Below are positions 10,481-19,911 of a stretch of DNA of 64,000 nt, in pieces (the stretch's first letter is position 1; each line of letters opens with the position of its first letter). The stretch spans positions 109,955-173,954 of the forward strand of contig CAISGE010000002.1 in the NCBI GenBank assembly GCA_903884815.1, in the 5' to 3' direction. This stretch comes from Candidatus Omnitrophota bacterium (GTDB lineage Bacteria > Omnitrophota > Omnitrophia > Omnitrophales > Aquincolibacteriaceae). Position numbers and translations under genes: made by a program. Under the pieces are notes generated by a model. That model did not search any database, had not been told where the DNA came from, and was given only the letters and a program-made list of their open reading frames with translations.

Positions 10481-10942
10481 ATGAAAAATAGAAAAAAAGG
10501 ATTTACGCTTGTTGAAGTGCTGATCGTTGTCGTCATTATTGCCATCCTTGCATCGCTCATCGTGCCGCGTATGCTGATGCAGACCGAAAAAGCCAAAGCT
10601 GCCGAAGCCCTCCAGATGGTGGGTGCTATGAAAAGGGCCCTCGAGAGATACGTCGATATGTCTGCGACTCGTCCGCAGCTAGATCTGAATTCGGGCCACA
10701 GTTATGGGAATATAGAGACAACTGGCCATTGGTCAGATCTTGGGCTTCCACTCATGGACAAATCGCAATTCTGGAATTATTTTGCCTATGCGGATGACAC
10801 TATGTGGCAAGTCTCTGTTTATGACGCTGCGAGCGACTCAAAATACATAGTTTTCACCGAATACTACGGTCCACCTATTTCAGATATTTGGGGCTGCGAT
10901 GGGGTCCTTTTTAAGTCCGTGAATGGCGTTTGCACGGTTTAA
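10481..10942 (+). CDS. Type IV pilin-like protein 3
   Basis: KG|FTLVE; same N-terminus; C-terminal Cys pair. Confidence 0.92.
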   Translation: MKNRKKGFTLVEVLIVVVIIAILASLIVPRMLMQTEKAKAAEALQMVGAMKRALERYVDMSATRPQLDLNSGHSYGNIETTGHWSDLGLPLMDKSQFWNYFAYADDTMWQVSVYDAASDSKYIVFTEYYGPPISDIWGCDGVLFKSVNGVCTV

Positions 10943-11020
10943 AAAGGGAATAGTCCGCTGCCTGAAAACCACCGTGTTTTCCGCTAGAATCCTACTGATT
11001 CTGAAACTCGCCCATGGATT

Positions 11021-11066
11021 TTATTCACACCACTGTCTGTCTAACGAACGATGCTGGATTGCCTCA
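11021..11066 (-). repeat. Diverged duplicate of the comM 3' end
   Basis: 36/46 nt identical to 11621-11666 by manual count; translates EAIQHRSLDRQWCE* versus comM EAIQYRSLDRQWYG*. Confidence 0.85.
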
Positions 11067-11070
11067 TGCG

Positions 11071-11592
11071 TTATGTCTGAAACCCAATCGGACCTTTGGG
11101 TTTTTTCGAAGTGGAAGCCGGTGGTTCGAGGAGTTCTTTGATGGCCTTGAATACAATCTGAAACTGATGGTCGTATTTTCTCTCCATCGCCTCGATTTTC
11201 TGTCGCAGCTCCTTGTTCCCCGCTAGCATTTCCCGTAATTGGGTAAATGTCCGCATTATCTGGATGTTGACTTGAATTGCTCGTTTGCTGTTAAGAACGC
11301 TGGAAAGCATTAGGATGCCATGCTCTGTGAACGCAAAAGGAGGCTTGCGTGTTCCTCCCCAACTTGTTCCGCCAAAATGGCGGGTCAAGTTTGTAAGCTC
11401 TTCTCTTGTAAGGACTAAGAGAAAGTCATCCGGAAAGCGTTCTGTGTTTCTGCGCACCTGGCGCTTGAGATGCTCGGTTTCGACTCCATAAAGTTCTGCC
11501 AAGCCTCTGTCGAACATGACCTTTTTTCCCCGAAGCAGGAAAATCTTGCTCTGAATTACTTCTTGCGGGACGAGAGCCTTTGATCCTGCCAT
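11071..11592 (-). CDS. ORF6N domain DNA-binding protein
   Basis: RGKKVMFD..LAELYGVET..LKRQVRRN.ERFPDDF, FTEHGILMLSSVLNS.RAIQVNIQIMRTF. Confidence 0.92.
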   Translation of the reverse strand: MAGSKALVPQEVIQSKIFLLRGKKVMFDRGLAELYGVETEHLKRQVRRNTERFPDDFLLVLTREELTNLTRHFGGTSWGGTRKPPFAFTEHGILMLSSVLNSKRAIQVNIQIMRTFTQLREMLAGNKELRQKIEAMERKYDHQFQIVFKAIKELLEPPASTSKKPKGPIGFQT

Positions 11593-11620
11593 GGGTTTGT
11601 TTTCCTTTCTGATGTCACGG

Positions 11621-13138
11621 TTATCCATACCACTGTCTGTCTAGGCTGCGATATTGAATTGCCTCAGCAATATGCTCGCTTTGAATTTGTTCGCACCCCG
11701 CCAGATCACCGATTGTTCGGGCGATTTTGAGAATCTTATAATAAGCCCTCGCCGATAAATGGAGTTCCTTCATCGCCATTTCGATAAGCTTGCGGCCCTG
11801 CATGTCCGGCGTTGCGAATTCCTTGATGTCCCTGGGATTCATCTGGGAATTAGTTTTATAGGACCTCATGCGGTAGCGTGACCTTTGGATCGTTCGGCAC
11901 GCGCAAACTCTCTCCCGTATCACTGACGAACTTTCCGACGGTTCTTGACTCGTCAGCGTCTGGAACGATAAGGCCGGCACTTCAATATGAATATCGATCC
12001 TGTCGAGCACCGGCCCCGAGATCTTAGACTGATATTTATGGATTGCCCCTAGCGAGCACCGGCAGGTCTTGCGTGTATCGCCGAGATAACCACACGGACA
12101 GGGATTCATCGCCGCGACTAATAAAAAATGGGCAGGGAAGGTGATCTGGTTCTTGGCTCTCGAGATCGTGATGTAGCCGTCCTCCAAGGGACCGCGCAAG
12201 GTTTCCAGTGCGTCGCGACGGAATTCCGGAAGTTCATCCAGGAAAAGGACGCCGCCGTGGGAAAGTGACATTTCTCCGGGGCGGGGAGAGGTGCCGCCTC
12301 CGGCGAGAGCAATGGCGGACGCGGTGTAATGGGGCGAGCGGAAGGGGCGCTCGGCGATTAGTCCGCTTCCTTGAGGGATCGACCCCGCCACACTGTGGAT
12401 CTTGGTGATCTCCAGGGCCTCCTCGGTTGTCATGGGAGGGAGGAGGGTCGGGATTCGCTTGGCGAGCATCGTCTTTCCGCTTCCGGGAGGGCCGATGAAA
12501 AGGATCTTGTGATCTCCCGAGACGGCAATCTCCAGGGCGCGCTTAGCGGCCTGCTGGCCGCGCACCTCGGAGAAATCAAGAAGATGGGAGGACGGGTTCA
12601 TGTTCTTATAGGGAATATTCCGGAGAGGCTCGACGCTGCGCTCTCCGGTCAGAAATTCTACGGTTTCACGGAGATTCTTGACGGGATAGACGGAGACGTC
12701 TTTGGCTAATGCCGCTTCCCCCCCGTTTTCGGCTGGGAGGACAAACGAGGATTCCCGAAAGCCCGAAGTGATGGCAATAACGCCTTTCAGAGGGCGCAAG
12801 GCCCCGTCGAGGGCCAGTTCTCCGATAAAGATATGTTTTGCCAGCTTTTCAGGGGGGATGATCCCGTGGCAGGCCAGAATTCCCAAGGCGATAGGGAAGT
12901 CAAAAGAAGCGCCTTCCTTCTTGATGTCCGCTGGGGCGAGACTGATGGTGATCTTATCCGGCGGGATATGGAAACCGCTATTTTTGAGGGCGGTGCGAAC
13001 CCTTTCCCGGGCCTCCTTGATGCTGGTGTCGGCGAGGCCCACCAGGATTAGCTGGGGAAGCCCGTCGCTGATATCGACCTCGATATCCACCGGAAAGGCG
13101 TGGATGCCAATGGCGAAGGCGCTTTTGATGCGTATCAT
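11621..13138 (-). CDS. comM: YifB/ComM Mg-chelatase-like AAA+ ATPase
   Basis: Lon-like N-terminus (LAPADIKKEG, GELALDG), GPPGSGKT, LFLDELPEF, AMNPCPCG, DRID, LSARAY. Confidence 0.95.
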   Translation of the reverse strand: MIRIKSAFAIGIHAFPVDIEVDISDGLPQLILVGLADTSIKEARERVRTALKNSGFHIPPDKITISLAPADIKKEGASFDFPIALGILACHGIIPPEKLAKHIFIGELALDGALRPLKGVIAITSGFRESSFVLPAENGGEAALAKDVSVYPVKNLRETVEFLTGERSVEPLRNIPYKNMNPSSHLLDFSEVRGQQAAKRALEIAVSGDHKILFIGPPGSGKTMLAKRIPTLLPPMTTEEALEITKIHSVAGSIPQGSGLIAERPFRSPHYTASAIALAGGGTSPRPGEMSLSHGGVLFLDELPEFRRDALETLRGPLEDGYITISRAKNQITFPAHFLLVAAMNPCPCGYLGDTRKTCRCSLGAIHKYQSKISGPVLDRIDIHIEVPALSFQTLTSQEPSESSSVIRERVCACRTIQRSRYRMRSYKTNSQMNPRDIKEFATPDMQGRKLIEMAMKELHLSARAYYKILKIARTIGDLAGCEQIQSEHIAEAIQYRSLDRQWYG

Positions 13139-13316
13139 GGGATCTCCCTTCGTTATAACCCCGAAACAAACACGCTTGCTTTTTAAATAAGCTAAACTTA
13201 TAATGACGCACTTCATGAGGCCGTTGCTCACTGGAAGTGCTTCTTTATCATATTATTAATGATAATAATTCATAAACAAGAAAGGTGTCAACCTTTTTCC
13301 TGTTCACAAATCCCTT

Positions 13317-13781
13317 ATGATCGATGTCTTGAATCCTCCATTTCATAGTGAAAGAGCCTACGCCGCCGTCTTATTGAGCTGGTTCGTCGCCCAGGCTCTT
13401 AAGGTGATACTGGGAGGAGCGAGTCACAAAAAATTTGACGTCCGTTGGCTTTTTGACACGGGCGGGATGCCCAGCGCGCACTCCGCGACCGTGGCTAGTC
13501 TCGCCACTGTGGTGGGGCTCTATTATGGCTTCAACAGCATTCCTGCCTTGATGGGATTGATCATTTGCCTTATCACGATGTTCGATGCCGCAGGCGTCCG
13601 CCGGCATTTGGGCACGCAGGGGAAGATCCTCAATGAGATCGTCGACGAGTTTTACGCGAAGGGCGCGGTCCCGGAGAAGCGTCTCAAGGAACTTTTGGGA
13701 CACACGCCTGTCGAAGTGATCGCCGGCGCGGCTTTAGGAATTTTCATGGCCTATCTTTTTTGTGCATGGACCGTCTCATGA
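13317..13781 (+). CDS. Divergent PAP2 family membrane protein (DUF212)
   Basis: GGMPSAHSA, MFDAAGVRR, LGHTPVEV. Confidence 0.92.
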   Translation: MIDVLNPPFHSERAYAAVLLSWFVAQALKVILGGASHKKFDVRWLFDTGGMPSAHSATVASLATVVGLYYGFNSIPALMGLIICLITMFDAAGVRRHLGTQGKILNEIVDEFYAKGAVPEKRLKELLGHTPVEVIAGAALGIFMAYLFCAWTVS

Positions 13782-14716
13782 AAAAAAACATCCTTCTGAA
13801 GACCCTGATCGTCGCAATATTTCTTGCGCCTATGATGGCCTATGGGGCCGAGACGCCTGTCAAAGAGGCGGTGGACCACGAGGCTCGCGTGACGGAATCT
13901 CCCAAGAGCGCACCGGGAGGCGCGCTGCAGAAAAACGACCACGATGCTTTTAACGAAAAGCATATGGTGGTCCCTGAATCCCGGCCCGAACCTGTCGCGA
14001 CGGTTTCCGGAGCGGAAAAGAAAAAAAGTCAGGCCGCGGCCGTGAAAAAGGAGAACGATGTTTGGAAGACCTCTTCCAACGTTCCTTCCAGGAAAAAAGC
14101 GCCGGACGTTTCAGCGAAGACCGAGACGGTTTCAAAGCTCAACACGGATGAGATGCAGAAGCGGTGGAAAGCCTTGTTTTCCAAGGACGCTTCCCCCGAC
14201 AGCATTTTCTGCGTTGTAAAGCCCGGCGACAGTCTTTATGTTCTCGCCCAAAAAAACCACACGACAGTCGAGTTCATCAAAAAGATCAACCATCTCACGA
14301 GTGACGACATTTATATCGGGAAAAAGCTCAAAATCCACACCGCTCCTTTTTCGATCGTGGTGGATAAGGCGAAGAACACCCTCGTGCTTTATTCTGGGGA
14401 TCTGCCGGTGAAAAAATATTCCGTAGCAACCGGGAAAAAGAACTGCACGCCGGTTGGCGAGTTCAAGATCACGGACAAACTTACGAATCCGACTTGGTTT
14501 AAGACCGGCGCGATTCTTCCCCCGGGGAGTCCGGAGAATGCGCTCGGGACCCGGTGGATGGGCTTGGACAAGCCGTCCTACGGCATTCATGGAACGATCG
14601 AGCCCAAGAGCATCGGCACGCAGGCCTCCGAAGGCTGCATCCGGATGCTGAACGAAGAGGTCGAAGAACTTTACAGCATTGTGCCGGTAGGTACCAAGGT
14701 CACCATCCAGGATTAA
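13778..14716 (+). CDS. LysM-containing L,D-transpeptidase
   Basis: Signal peptide, LysM VKPGDSL, YkuD YGIHGT...SEGCIRM. Confidence 0.93.
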   Translation: MKKNILLKTLIVAIFLAPMMAYGAETPVKEAVDHEARVTESPKSAPGGALQKNDHDAFNEKHMVVPESRPEPVATVSGAEKKKSQAAAVKKENDVWKTSSNVPSRKKAPDVSAKTETVSKLNTDEMQKRWKALFSKDASPDSIFCVVKPGDSLYVLAQKNHTTVEFIKKINHLTSDDIYIGKKLKIHTAPFSIVVDKAKNTLVLYSGDLPVKKYSVATGKKNCTPVGEFKITDKLTNPTWFKTGAILPPGSPENALGTRWMGLDKPSYGIHGTIEPKSIGTQASEGCIRMLNEEVEELYSIVPVGTKVTIQD

Positions 14717-14737
14717 TCAAAAGAGGCCTTCTTTTCT

Positions 14738-15790
14738 ATGACTAAAAAAACGAAGAAGAAAAAAATCGTTAAAAAACAAATCGTGGCGCCTGTCGAGATC
14801 CGGGAAAAGATCAAGCTTGGGACGCGCGATATCTTTGACACGTGCCTCGCGTTCGAACGGCCGGTCGTGGAGATGGAAAAAAAGATCAACGAGCTTCGCA
14901 AGATCAATCATGAAGGGATCGATCTTTCCGGCGAGATCAAAAGCGCCGAGAAAAAGCTTGAGAAGGCCATTCAGGACATCTTCGATCATTTAACGCCGTG
15001 GCAGCGCGTGCAGGTTGCGCGGCATCCGCTTCGCCCTTACACGCTCGACTATGTGAGTTTTCTCACTACCGATTTTTTAGAGTTACACGGTGACCGGCGC
15101 TTTAGCGATGACCGGGCGATCGTGACGGGGATCGCGAAATGGGGCGGCAAGGAACCCGTTTGTATAATCGGGCACCAGAAAGGCCGCGATACCAAAGAAA
15201 ATCTGATGCGGAGTTTCGGGAGCGCCCATCCGGAAGGCTATCGCAAAGCCATGCGCGTGATGACCCTGGCGGAGAAGCATAATATTCCTATTCTTTGTTT
15301 TATCGATACGCCGGGCGCTTATCCCGGGATCGGCGCCGAGGAGCGCGGGCAGGCCGAGGCGATTGCCTACAACCTCAGAGCGATGGGGGAACTCAAGGTT
15401 CCCATTATTTGCGTGGTGATCGGTGAGGGCGGAAGCGGCGGGGCCTTGGGGATCGGGGTCGGCGACAGGATCTATGTCATGGAAAATGCGTACTACTCGG
15501 TGATCTCCCCGGAAGGCTGCGCGGCCATTCTCTGGAAAGAACCCACACGCGCTCCGGATGCCGCGACGGCTTTAAAATTGACCGGCCCGGATCTTCTCGA
15601 GCTTGGCGTGATCGATGGCGTGATCCCGGAGCCGCTCGGCGGCGCTCACCGGGATTTTAACGCGACCGCGGAGAATCTTCGCAAGACGGTCAGCGAAGCT
15701 CTCGAAGAGCTTAACAAGATCCCCCGGAAAGAACTTCCGGACCTGCGTTATCAGAAGTTCCGCAAAATGGGTGTTTTTTCCACGAAGTAG
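14738..15790 (+). CDS. accA: Acetyl-CoA carboxylase carboxyltransferase alpha
   Basis: ARHPLRPYTLDY, ELHGDR, DTPGAYPGIGAEERGQ, GEGGSGGAL. Confidence 0.97.
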   Translation: MTKKTKKKKIVKKQIVAPVEIREKIKLGTRDIFDTCLAFERPVVEMEKKINELRKINHEGIDLSGEIKSAEKKLEKAIQDIFDHLTPWQRVQVARHPLRPYTLDYVSFLTTDFLELHGDRRFSDDRAIVTGIAKWGGKEPVCIIGHQKGRDTKENLMRSFGSAHPEGYRKAMRVMTLAEKHNIPILCFIDTPGAYPGIGAEERGQAEAIAYNLRAMGELKVPIICVVIGEGGSGGALGIGVGDRIYVMENAYYSVISPEGCAAILWKEPTRAPDAATALKLTGPDLLELGVIDGVIPEPLGGAHRDFNATAENLRKTVSEALEELNKIPRKELPDLRYQKFRKMGVFSTK

Positions 15791-15917
15791 CACGCTGCGC
15801 ACGAAGTTTAAAGTGGATTTATGGTGGAAGAGCGTGTTGCGTTCCTATCTGCGAATCCCGAGCGGTACACGCTAAAAAATACGGCAGTTTTTAAAGCGGA
15901 AAATTCCTCCCGACCCT

Positions 15918-16127
15918 TTAGGCGGCTCCCCAGAGCTGTTTTTTCAAGTTCATCAATCTCTCGAACAATTTCTTTTCCTGCACAACTTCCCGCAGAGTGT
16001 TTTCAGGAATATCCAGCAAGGCTACCTCGCTAACGCGATCAATGTGTTCGGGGAAGCGGTGCGCGAGCTCATAGGTGGGGATGCCCTGCCTGTATTTCAG
16101 ATCGAATAATTTTTCATAGAGTGTCAT
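15918..16127 (-). CDS. Small hypothetical protein
   Basis: Strong RBS (gggaggt) and ATG; 69 aa. Confidence 0.65.
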   Translation of the reverse strand: MTLYEKLFDLKYRQGIPTYELAHRFPEHIDRVSEVALLDIPENTLREVVQEKKLFERLMNLKKQLWGAA

Positions 16128-16326
16128 TTTTTACCTCCCGAGTATGTGTATCACTTCGGCATCTTTTGCTGAATCTATCGACTTTGTTGAAGATTTCCTA
16201 AAAAATTAATTATTTTATATCTATATATAGCGTTACTATCCAAAAATGAGCACAATTACTTGTGGAACATTAAAATACCTTCACTTTTTGCGTTGACGGG
16301 AAAAAAATTTGTTATAGATTGTAAAG

Positions 16327-16351
16327 TATAAAGTGTAATTTACATTTTATA
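16327..16351. promoter_or_regulatory. 25-bp palindromic operator candidate
   Basis: tataaagtgtaa-t-ttacattttata (11/12 arm match) 4 bp before the ATG at 16356; TTGACG at 16293. Confidence 0.55.
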
Positions 16352-16355
16352 AACT

Positions 16356-17039
16356 ATGAGAACAATAACGCTAATGACTATTGCGATGTTGGTGCTGACG
16401 CCGATTCAGTCGACGGAGGCTTTTCTCGGGTTTGGAGAAAAAAAAGAAAAGCCGCTCGTTCAGGCCCGGAAAAGTTTTAGTAATCACGAATACTACACCG
16501 CGCGCCGCTTGACCCAGCAAGCCCTCGAAAAAAATCCACAGGATCCCGAAGCGACAAAGATGATGGGCGCCATCCTTGATAAGGAGATCGAGCGCCAGAA
16601 GGAACAGCTCTTGCCCCAGGCCGTTGAAGAAATGAATGCGGATGACAAGCAGGACGCGATCAAGACCTGGCTCGAGCGGAGCCGCTCGCTTTTCGCGGTG
16701 AGCCAATATGATCTGGCGCTTTTCGCGGCGGAAAAGGTTTTTCTTTATGACGCGAATAATGCCGCTGCCTCAGAACTCATCGATGAGATCAAGGGGAAGG
16801 CCCTCAAGGAGGGCAAGGCCGACACGCTTTTTATTCATAAGATGTACAAGGAAGAGATCGCGGACCGTCTGGAACAATATCGTACCCAGGCTGAGGATCT
16901 GGCGTCTCAGGGACTTTTCGGGCAGGCCCAGTTCACTGCCGAAAAGATCCTCATGCTCGAACCCGAGGATCCCAAGGCCCTCGGCGTTCTTCAGAAAGTC
17001 CTTTCACACATGGACAGGACAAGGAGCGAATCGCTATGA
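16356..17039 (+). CDS. Exported TPR-like helical repeat protein
   Basis: Signal peptide; repeats such as ALEKNPQDPEA, AEKVFLYDANNAAA, AEKILMLEPEDPKA. Confidence 0.75.
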   Translation: MRTITLMTIAMLVLTPIQSTEAFLGFGEKKEKPLVQARKSFSNHEYYTARRLTQQALEKNPQDPEATKMMGAILDKEIERQKEQLLPQAVEEMNADDKQDAIKTWLERSRSLFAVSQYDLALFAAEKVFLYDANNAAASELIDEIKGKALKEGKADTLFIHKMYKEEIADRLEQYRTQAEDLASQGLFGQAQFTAEKILMLEPEDPKALGVLQKVLSHMDRTRSESL

Positions 17040-17278
17040 AGCGCGAAAAACTCTATAAGATCGGGGAAGTAATGCAGTACACAAGTCTTTCGAGGCAAAC
17101 ACTTCATAACTATACGGTTGCCGGGCTGATCCATGAGGCCCGGAGGACCATCTCAGGGCACCGGCTTTATGATGAATCAGCGTTCGACCGTCTGGAACAG
17201 ATCAAGATCTTGCAAGCGAAGAATTATACATTAAGCCAAATCAAAAAGATCCTCGAACAGCAAGAGACACCCAAATGA
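17036..17278 (+). CDS. Small MerR-family HTH regulator
   Basis: YKIGEV...SRQTLHNY...GLI...RTISGHRLY. Confidence 0.9.
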   Translation: MKREKLYKIGEVMQYTSLSRQTLHNYTVAGLIHEARRTISGHRLYDESAFDRLEQIKILQAKNYTLSQIKKILEQQETPK

Positions 17279-17317
17279 AGGGTTCTCGAGCTGGGCGCGG
17301 TGAAAAGGAGACCCCCC

Positions 17318-18097
17318 ATGCACGAAGATGAGATCAAGATGTGGAAGAAGTTCAAGAGAAGCAAGAGCCTTCCGTTGCGTGAAGAGATCGTGAAGAAATA
17401 TTTGTATCTCGTGAAGTATGTCGCGGGCCGGGTGGCGATCGGACTTCCGTCGAGCGTCGAGTTCAACGACCTCGTCAGCTACGGGATCCTGGGGCTTTTT
17501 GACGCGATCAATAAATATGACGTCTCCCAGGGCAACAAGTTCGAGACCTATGCCGTCTCCCGCATTCGCGGCTCGATCATGGACGAACTTCGCAAACTCG
17601 ACTGGGCGCCCCGGCTTCTGCGCAAGCGGGCGCGGGAGATCGACCGGAAATGCAAAGAGCTCGAAGAGAAGAACGGCCGCTTGGCCACGGATGATGAAGT
17701 GGCGAAGGCCCTGAAGATCTCCACCGACGATTTGAACTCGATCTACAGCGATCTCAATTCCACGACCTTTCTGTCGCTGGATGAGGTGTGGCAGAACGAT
17801 GACGGCAATAAGCCTATCTCGCGTCTTCAGACGATCGAAGATTCCCTGATCACGGACCAGTTCAATTATGTCCACCAGAACGAAGTGAAGGAGCTGTTGG
17901 CCGAGGCGATCGATCAGCTTCCCGAAAAGGAAAAGCTCGTGATCGTGCTCTACTATTACGAGAATCTGACGCTTCGCGAGATCGGCGAGATCCTGGATGT
18001 TTCCGAGTCCCGAGTTTGCCAGATCCACACGAAAGTCGTCACGCGCCTGCGCGGTCATCTGATGCGTCGCGCCGGTCACTTGACCATGGAAGCCTAA
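17318..18097 (+). CDS. fliA: FliA/WhiG family sigma-28 factor
   Basis: DLVSYGILGLFDAINKYD, FETYAVSRIRGSIMDELRKLDW.PR, LTLREIGEILDVSESRVCQIH. Confidence 0.93.
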   Translation: MHEDEIKMWKKFKRSKSLPLREEIVKKYLYLVKYVAGRVAIGLPSSVEFNDLVSYGILGLFDAINKYDVSQGNKFETYAVSRIRGSIMDELRKLDWAPRLLRKRAREIDRKCKELEEKNGRLATDDEVAKALKISTDDLNSIYSDLNSTTFLSLDEVWQNDDGNKPISRLQTIEDSLITDQFNYVHQNEVKELLAEAIDQLPEKEKLVIVLYYYENLTLREIGEILDVSESRVCQIHTKVVTRLRGHLMRRAGHLTMEA

Positions 18098-18158
18098 GCG
18101 AGAGGGAAGACGAAAAGGAACAGAAGATAAAAAATCCAGCACCTTTGTTACAAAAGTA

Positions 18159-18185
18159 TTAAGTTTTGTCACGCTGCGTCGATAT
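18159..18185 (+). promoter_or_regulatory. Sigma-28-type promoter upstream of flgM-like gene
   Basis: TTAAGTTT-N11-GTCGATAT versus consensus TAAAGTTT-N11-GCCGATAA. Confidence 0.7.
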
Positions 18186-18313
18186 AAAGAGAGTCACAGC
18201 GAAGGAAGCCGTGTAGTTGTCTTATCCCAAAACGGCCTGCCGCTCAGGACGAAGCCCGAAGTGAAAAACAGGGCTCGCCAAAAGCGACCGCAAGTGGCTT
18301 AAAGGCAGGAAGA

Positions 18314-18565
18314 ATGCAAAGCGTGGCAGAATCTAAAAGACCCAAATTCAGGATCCAGGCTCCGAGCGAGAGAACGATCGCGCAAAAAGATCGCGAGGAG
18401 GTCCAGAAATATCTTCGCCTTATCCCCACCGAAGCGGAGCCCAATCTGGGGCGCGTCCGCGAGATCAAAGAAGAGATCAAAAAAGGCACTTACCTGACGC
18501 ATGAGATGATCGAAGCCGCTGCGATGCAGCTGGCGCTCAGGCTCCTAAGGAAAGAAAAAGATTAG
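18314..18565 (+). CDS. flgM: FlgM-like anti-sigma-28 factor
   Basis: C-terminal RVREIKEEIKKGTY motif, 83 aa, next to fliA and behind a sigma-28 promoter. Confidence 0.7.
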   Translation: MQSVAESKRPKFRIQAPSERTIAQKDREEVQKYLRLIPTEAEPNLGRVREIKEEIKKGTYLTHEMIEAAAMQLALRLLRKEKD

Positions 18566-18618
18566 ACCGGAGTTTCCCCAGTCCCCTTCTGGAAAGGTAG
18601 CTAAGGTTTAAACCTTAG

Positions 18619-19911
18619 CTACAAAGCTCCGGAAGTCGCAACAGCCGTTGAAGCAGATCGCGAGTTGAGACCCGTAAGCTCGATCCACTTTTTGACCGCC
18701 GGAAGCGTCATGAACTTTTTCCAGACGCTCTCGCCATTCAAGTAATTCTCCAACATCAGCAGCGTGATCCCCTGATCGATCCCGAGATATTCCGTAGCCC
18801 ACCAGCCTTTGTCCACGTTGAAGGCATCTTTGAATCCGAAGTTTCCGTAGAGTTCTTGCTGGTAGTGGTCATAGAAGAAGCGCGCGGCTTTGGTGCTGAG
18901 CTCCGGGGTGAAGACGATCGAGGAAAGAGCGGCGTAGGGAGCGATCGTGCCGTCCTGGATGCCGCCTCCGGGTTTTCCGCCGTACGCTTTGTAACCTCCC
19001 GGGCCCACGGACGAGGATAACCCCCAGGAGGACTCGGAGTAACCCTTGTATTTTCCGGCGAAGCTCAGGGAATACTCCCGGTTGGCCAGGGTCGCCTCGC
19101 GGGAATTCTCAAAAAAATTGATGCCGCGGTCGTCCAGCCCCCGGAAGTCGATGTAGGCGTGTGAGAACTGATAAGTAAAAAGCGCGCCGGTGGACGCGTA
19201 AACAACTTTGTGGCCGTTGAAATCCCCCTCAGGGCGAAGCCAACGCTCCCAGGCTCTCGGAGGGACGGGAAAAGTCGGAGAGCCGACGGCGAGAGCCACC
19301 AGGAGCATCAACTCATTGTAGGAATCCCAATAATAGGGGAGGAATTTGGACTCCGGCGTCCAGCCCATGCAAATAAAATCAGAACCGTTCATCATCCACT
19401 TCCAGTTCACACGTTCGTAGATCTCCCGGGCGAGCTTGTCGACCTCCGTCCCCGGATAATACTGAGCGGCCAGGAGCGCGCCCGCGACCGCCAGCGCGGT
19501 GTCGATCGACGAAGCCTCCGAACCCCAAACCCGTTTTCCGGTTTTATTGTCCAGGAAATGATAAAAAAACCCTTCCTGGTGCGCAGCTTTGTGGCGGAGC
19601 ATTTGGAGCGTCGTGAGAATTCTCCCGTAGGCATAATCCCGGGTGATCCATCCGCGGGAAGCTCCGATGGCGTAAGCCGCGAGGGCAAACCCCGTGGCGG
19701 CCACTGAAGTCGGGGAGCCGGCACGGGAAGAATCCTTGGTCAGTCCCGTGAGCTTGTCCGAGAAGCGGGTGAAATACTGGAAGGTGTCTTTTTCGATCTT
19801 GTTCAGGAGCTCGCGGTCTTCGGGGGACGGTTCAAAGGCCCAGAGAGACGCGGGAGAAAAAGAAAACGCGAGCAGAAGTGCGAGAAAAAAACAGGTGAGA
19901 CGCTTAAGCAT
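18619..19911 (-). CDS. Secreted GH144-like ('putative glucoamylase') endo-beta-1,2-glucanase-like protein
   Basis: Signal peptide; SVAATGFAL, GFFYHF, SSIDTAL, LFTYQFSH, YGNFGFKDAFN, GIDQG. Confidence 0.85.
   Translation of the reverse strand: MLKRLTCFFLALLLAFSFSPASLWAFEPSPEDRELLNKIEKDTFQYFTRFSDKLTGLTKDSSRAGSPTSVAATGFALAAYAIGASRGWITRDYAYGRILTTLQMLRHKAAHQEGFFYHFLDNKTGKRVWGSEASSIDTALAVAGALLAAQYYPGTEVDKLAREIYERVNWKWMMNGSDFICMGWTPESKFLPYYWDSYNELMLLVALAVGSPTFPVPPRAWERWLRPEGDFNGHKVVYASTGALFTYQFSHAYIDFRGLDDRGINFFENSREATLANREYSLSFAGKYKGYSESSWGLSSSVGPGGYKAYGGKPGGGIQDGTIAPYAALSSIVFTPELSTKAARFFYDHYQQELYGNFGFKDAFNVDKGWWATEYLGIDQGITLLMLENYLNGESVWKKFMTLPAVKKWIELTGLNSRSASTAVATSGAL

Noticed and set aside
9398-10942. 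Shufflon or DGR acting on the pilins
   Set aside because: No recombinase, inverted sfx-like sites, reverse transcriptase or TR/VR pair in the window.
16150-16205. Sigma-28 promoter for the 69-aa minus-strand gene
   Set aside because: GTCGATAG and GCCGAAGT -10-like boxes exist but the matching -35 elements are poor.
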